A DNA stretch of 64,000 nucleotides, from the NCBI RefSeq assembly GCF_028368995.1, contig NZ_JAQNDL010000001.1, positions 960,001-1,024,000 on the forward strand, written 5' to 3'. Positions 60,018 to 64,000 of the stretch are shown here, piece after piece (position 1 is the stretch's first letter; every line of letters begins with the position of its first letter). The DNA is from Nannocystis bainbridge (lineage in GTDB: Bacteria > Myxococcota_A > Polyangia > Nannocystales > Nannocystaceae). Made by a program: the position numbers and the translations under genes. Below the pieces are notes generated by a model. The model made no database searches. It was given only the letters and a program-made list of their open reading frames with translations, and was not told where the DNA came from.

Positions 60018-61265
60018 TCACCGCCGCCGCTTGACCGGCTCGCTCGGGCGCGAATGGGTGATCGCCCCCGTGTCGCCGAGCCGGCGCTGGCTCCCGGCCT
60101 CGGCGGGGAACAGCGCCTGGTGGCCGTGACGCTCGCGCACGGCCGAGAGCACCGCCTGCAGGGCCGCGCTGCGCGGCGGTGGCTCGCTGACCGCCGCCGC
60201 CGCCAGCAGGTCGAGCTGGACCTCGCGCTCGGGCGCCTCGAATTGGCTCACGCTGACGCCGGTCAGGCGGAAGCCGCGGCCGTCGGTGTCGACCGCCTCG
60301 AGCAGGCGACAGGCGGCGCCGTGGATCTCGCGATAATCGTCGGTGCCCCGCGGCAGGGTCGTCTGGCGGGTCTCGGTGACAAAATCACCGTCGCGGATCT
60401 TGAGGCACACGCAGCGCGCCTTCAGGCCCTGGGCGACCAGCCGATCGGCCACGCGGGTCGCCTGCGACAGCAGGCTGCGGCGCAGCGCCGGCACACCGAC
60501 GATGTCGTCGGCGTAGGTGTCTTCGTGCCCGAGCGACTTGGCCGCGCGGTCGGGCACCACCGCGCGGTCGTCGAGCCCGAGGCTGAGCCGGTGCATGTGC
60601 AGCCCGTGCGCCCCGAACATCTCGACCAGCCGCGCCTCGCCGAGCCGCCGCAGATCGCCGACGGTCGCCACCCCGAGCCGGTGCAGCTTCTCCTGCGTGC
60701 GCGGCCCGACACCCCACAGCTCGCCGATCGGCAGCGGCGTCAGGAACTCGAGCTCGGTGCCCGCCGGGATCTCCGTCAACCCGTCGGGCTTGTTGGCCCC
60801 GCTGGCGATCTTGGCCAAAAACTTCACGCTCGCCAGCCCGACCGAGCACGTCAGCCCGACCTCCTCGTGGACCGCGACCCGCAGCGCCTCGGCCACCCCG
60901 CGCGGCGGCCCCCACAGCCGCTCGGTACCGGCCAGGTCGATGAACGCCTCGTCGATCGACAGCCCCTCGACCAGCGGCGAGAACCGCTCGAACACCGCGA
61001 ACACCGCCCGCGACACCTCGCTGTACAGCGCGTGCCGCGGCGGCACCACCACCGCCTGCGGGCACATCCGCAGCGCCACCGCCATCGGCTGGGCCGAGCG
61101 GCAGCCGAACTTGCGCGCCTCGTAGCTGGCCGCCGCCACCACCCCGCGCCGCCCGGCCCCGCCCACCAGCACCGGCTGCCCGCGCAGCCGCGGGTCCTCG
61201 CGCACCTCGACCGAGGCGAAGAACGCGTCCATGTCGACGTGCAGGATGGCCCGGTCGCCGCTCAC
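60018..61265 (-). CDS. dinB: DNA polymerase IV
   Basis: ILHVDMDAFFASVE, AASYEAR, LSIDEAF, AKIASGANKPDG, LWGVG. Confidence 0.95.
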   Translation of the reverse strand: MSGDRAILHVDMDAFFASVEVREDPRLRGQPVLVGGAGRRGVVAAASYEARKFGCRSAQPMAVALRMCPQAVVVPPRHALYSEVSRAVFAVFERFSPLVEGLSIDEAFIDLAGTERLWGPPRGVAEALRVAVHEEVGLTCSVGLASVKFLAKIASGANKPDGLTEIPAGTELEFLTPLPIGELWGVGPRTQEKLHRLGVATVGDLRRLGEARLVEMFGAHGLHMHRLSLGLDDRAVVPDRAAKSLGHEDTYADDIVGVPALRRSLLSQATRVADRLVAQGLKARCVCLKIRDGDFVTETRQTTLPRGTDDYREIHGAACRLLEAVDTDGRGFRLTGVSVSQFEAPEREVQLDLLAAAAVSEPPPRSAALQAVLSAVRERHGHQALFPAEAGSQRRLGDTGAITHSRPSEPVKRRR

Positions 61266-61343
61266 GCGACCTCAGCCTAGCGCGCCCGCGCCCCTGCGTC
61301 ACGGCGCGCGAACGCGCGCATCGGCGCCTTCGCCGCCGCAATT

Positions 61344-61507
61344 CTGCATGACCTTACGGACATGCTCCAATCGCCATGCCTCGATGGACATGACCTCAAG
61401 GGCATGTCCGGGCGACCATGTTCGCCCGCCACGGATCAGCTCGGCTCGCCGTCGAGCCCTGATACTGGTGACATGCTCCCGAGGACATGGCCGATCGGCC
61501 ATGTCCC
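61344..61507. repeat. 14-bp-period palindrome arrays (6 plus 3 cores) upstream of dinB
   Basis: CATG at 61347, 61361, 61375, 61389, 61403, 61417, then 61472, 61486, 61500. Confidence 0.88.
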
Positions 61508-61524
61508 GGGCGCCGCCGAACGGC

Positions 61525-62487
61525 TCAGTCCGGCTTCGGCTCGACCTCGAGCTCCGGCAGCCCCTCGAGCTTGCGCTCGTCGCAGCTGCCCGACGGCGGC
61601 GGCGCGGGCACCAGCACCCGCAGGCTGCGGGGCACGCACTCAACGGTCACGGGCGTCTCGCCGACGTCTTCGCCGTCGACGAGCACCGGCTGCGGTGGGT
61701 CGGCGCGGATCGTCACGCGCTTGACCGGCAGGTAGCCGATGTCGTCGCGCGTCGCGGCGTTCTGGCTGAGCCCGGAGCGGTACAGGTGCAGCGCCGTGCC
61801 GATGCCGGACACCAGGCCGTCGAATGCGACCAGCGTGACGTCGAGCTGGCCGTCGTCGCCGCACACCGCCGTCGGCCCCTGCGCGAACAGGGTGTGCAGC
61901 GGCGCGAGGTTGGCCACCGCCACGTTGGTGAGCTTGCAGCGGATGACCTCGCTCTCCGTCTCGAGCTCGACCGCGAACGGCTCGAGCTCGGAGATCCGCT
62001 GCAGACCGGTGGCGATGTACGCCAGCAGGCCCCAGCGGTTCTTGGCCTCGCGCGTGGTCTCGCCGATCGCCGCGGCGTGGAAGCCCACCGAGGCGAACAG
62101 CAGCACCGCACGGCCCGCCGCGCGGGCGGTGTCGATCGCGTGCGGCTGACCCTTGCAGGCGTTCTCGAGCGCGCCCTCGAGGTCGAGCGGGATCGCCAGC
62201 GCGCGGGCGAAGCTGTTGGCAGTACCGCGCGGCAGCACGGCCAGCGGAATTTCGCCGCCGATCAGCCGCGACGCCACCAGCGAGACCGTACCGTCGCCGC
62301 CGGCCGCGATCACGACGCTCGGCTCGCTGGCCAGCGCCGCCGCGGCGCAGGCGTCCGCGTCGCGCTCGGGGCTGGTCTCGAACACCGTGAGCTCGTACGT
62401 CTGCTCCAGCGCGGCGACGACCTCGGGCAGCTCGTCGCGGGCCACGCCAGACACGGGATTCCACACCAGGGCGGCGCGCGGCTTCAC
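61525..62487 (-). CDS. YegS/DAGK family lipid kinase
   Basis: NPVSG, AGGDGT, PRGTANSFAR, DDGQLD, VDGE. Confidence 0.9.
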   Translation of the reverse strand: MKPRAALVWNPVSGVARDELPEVVAALEQTYELTVFETSPERDADACAAAALASEPSVVIAAGGDGTVSLVASRLIGGEIPLAVLPRGTANSFARALAIPLDLEGALENACKGQPHAIDTARAAGRAVLLFASVGFHAAAIGETTREAKNRWGLLAYIATGLQRISELEPFAVELETESEVIRCKLTNVAVANLAPLHTLFAQGPTAVCGDDGQLDVTLVAFDGLVSGIGTALHLYRSGLSQNAATRDDIGYLPVKRVTIRADPPQPVLVDGEDVGETPVTVECVPRSLRVLVPAPPPSGSCDERKLEGLPELEVEPKPD

Positions 62488-62629
62488 GAACTCCTCCCGC
62501 GCGCGACGACACGAGCGTCCTGCGCACGCCGCTCGCCCGGTGAATCATGGAGGTCGAGGCGAGGGAGCACGGGCCGCGTCGTCCGCGGCGTAGCGGTGTT
62601 CATCCCCGGAGTGTGCCACGCTTCCCCGC

Positions 62630-63253
62630 GTGAGCGGCGACCTCGACATCGACGCGCTCCTGGCCGAACACGGGCTGCGTAGCGGCGAAGCGCGCGAACT
62701 GGGCCGCGCCGCGCTCGAGGGCGCCGGGCTCACCCGCCCCGGCAAGCGCAACCTGGCCGCCGGCAAACGCCCGCGGGTCGAGGAGGTCATCGCCGCCCAG
62801 TTCGTCCGCACATGCGCGCGACCTCACTGTCGCGAGGCCGCCGCGGGCGACGGCCGGATCGTCGTCGACCTCGACGCGCCCGCGGCCCGCCTGTGCGAGT
62901 TCTGCGGCGGCTCGACCAACCGCAGCGCGTGGGAGCGAGCCCTCGTCGCCATGGCCCGGCGCGACTGGCATCGCCTCGTCGTCGTCGGCGGCTCGCCCCC
63001 GCTCCACCACGAGCTGCGGGCGCTCGTCGGCGGCCGCATCGATCTCCGGCTCGTCGACGGCACCGCCCGCCGCACCGCCCACGACGCCGCGCACGACCTC
63101 GCCTGGGCCGATCGCATCGTCGTCTGGGGCGCCACCCTGCTCGACCACAAGGTCTCGCAGCTCTACACCGATCGCCGCTCGCCCAAGGTCGTCACCGTCG
63201 CCAAGCGCGGGCTCACGGCGCTGGCCGAGACGATCATCAAGACCGCCGAGTGA
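62630..63253 (+). CDS. Hypothetical protein with putative Zn ribbon and DUF2325-like domain
   Basis: C-X4-C...CEFC; LVVVGG...ADRIVVW...LDHK. Confidence 0.6.
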   Translation: MSGDLDIDALLAEHGLRSGEARELGRAALEGAGLTRPGKRNLAAGKRPRVEEVIAAQFVRTCARPHCREAAAGDGRIVVDLDAPAARLCEFCGGSTNRSAWERALVAMARRDWHRLVVVGGSPPLHHELRALVGGRIDLRLVDGTARRTAHDAAHDLAWADRIVVWGATLLDHKVSQLYTDRRSPKVVTVAKRGLTALAETIIKTAE

Positions 63254-63369
63254 GCCGGCCCGGCGTGGGCCCGCACTTGTTGCCCCATACAGAGCCCGGA
63301 CCGCTCAGGTCGACGAAGCGCCCCTCCGATGTCGCACGCCCTCGGCGTGATGGGCCGTCCCGAGCGGCA

Positions 63370-63447
63370 CGGCATGACCATCACGACATGTCCGAAAGAA
63401 CATGCTCATTCGAACATCATCTTTATGACATGTTCGTGCGGCCAGCG
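63370..63447. repeat. 14-bp-period palindrome array at a convergent junction
   Basis: Cores at 63373, 63387, 63401, 63415, 63429, 63443. Confidence 0.85.
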
Positions 63448-63476
63448 ACCGGGCTCCGGCCGATCCTTCGCCGCGG

Positions 63477-64000
63477 CTACGGCGAGAACACGGCCAGCCA
63501 CAGATCGCTGACCTGCGTCTCCGAAGCCATGCTGCCGCCGGCGACGATCCGGTCGCCGGCGCCGATCGCCACCGCGTAGCCGATGTCGGTCCCGAAGCCG
63601 CCGTCGATGTCCTTGCCCCACCGCAGCTCGCCCTCCGGCGAGAACTTGCAAAGGCGAATGTTAAGGCCGGTCGCGCCGGGGCCGTCGCCGATGGCGACCA
63701 CGTCGCCCTGGCTGTCGACCGCGATGTCGCGGCCGTACGTGCCCGTGCACGCGTCGCTCGACCACACCCCGGCGCCCGTGCTCGTCACCCGGCGCACCGT
63801 CATCGCCTCGCCGACCCTGCCGGCGAGCGCCAGGTCGCCTCCCGGTTCACGCGCGAGCGCCTGGATCACCGCGTTCTCGCCGGCGTACTCGAGCGTCCAG
63901 CTCGGGTCGCCACCGCCGCCGACCGGGAACGCGACGAGCAACCCCGGGCTCGTCCCGTCGAGGGGCCGCGACCAGCCGAGCACCGCGTGCTCCGGCGTCA
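63477..64000 (-). CDS. Beta-propeller (SBBP-like) repeat protein, 3' part
   Basis: GRDIAVDSQGDVVAIG, KFSPEGELRW, DIGYAVAI..DLWLAVFSP. Confidence 0.65.
   Translation of the reverse strand, partial: TPEHAVLGWSRPLDGTSPGLLVAFPVGGGGDPSWTLEYAGENAVIQALAREPGGDLALAGRVGEAMTVRRVTSTGAGVWSSDACTGTYGRDIAVDSQGDVVAIGDGPGATGLNIRLCKFSPEGELRWGKDIDGGFGTDIGYAVAIGAGDRIVAGGSMASETQVSDLWLAVFSP

Overview
Very GC-rich bacterial chromosome segment. The Thr-rich and Cys-rich lipoproteins, ECF sigma/anti-sigma pair and RsbR paralogues suggest Myxococcota, probably Nannocystis-like (inference). About 50 CDSs and one tRNA-Lys(CTT). Contents: a stressosome-like cluster (two PAS-STAS RsbR, RsbS, RsbX, three RsbT domains, one fused to a histidine kinase) with an embedded expansin; queA-like, fhs, ABC ATPase plus permease-M1 peptidase fusion, P450, pacifastin-repeat lipoprotein, pncA and frameshifted pncB, Rieske oxygenase, diheme protein-DUF1501 pair, YfbK VWA protein, add, PLP decarboxylase, EutB-EutC fusion and dinB. 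The main unexplained signal is a degenerate 14-bp palindrome, TGTCC-N4-GGACA. It forms tandem arrays with an exact 14-bp period at 9 of 11 convergent gene junctions and at other intergenic sites, occurs as in-frame blocks inside genes, and appears as single copies that force rare A/T-ending codons. This suggests an undescribed dispersed DNA-binding-site or repeat system. A duplication scar with an embedded lower-GC gene lies at 33.4-36.0 kb. All calls are from reading the sequence; no searches were run.
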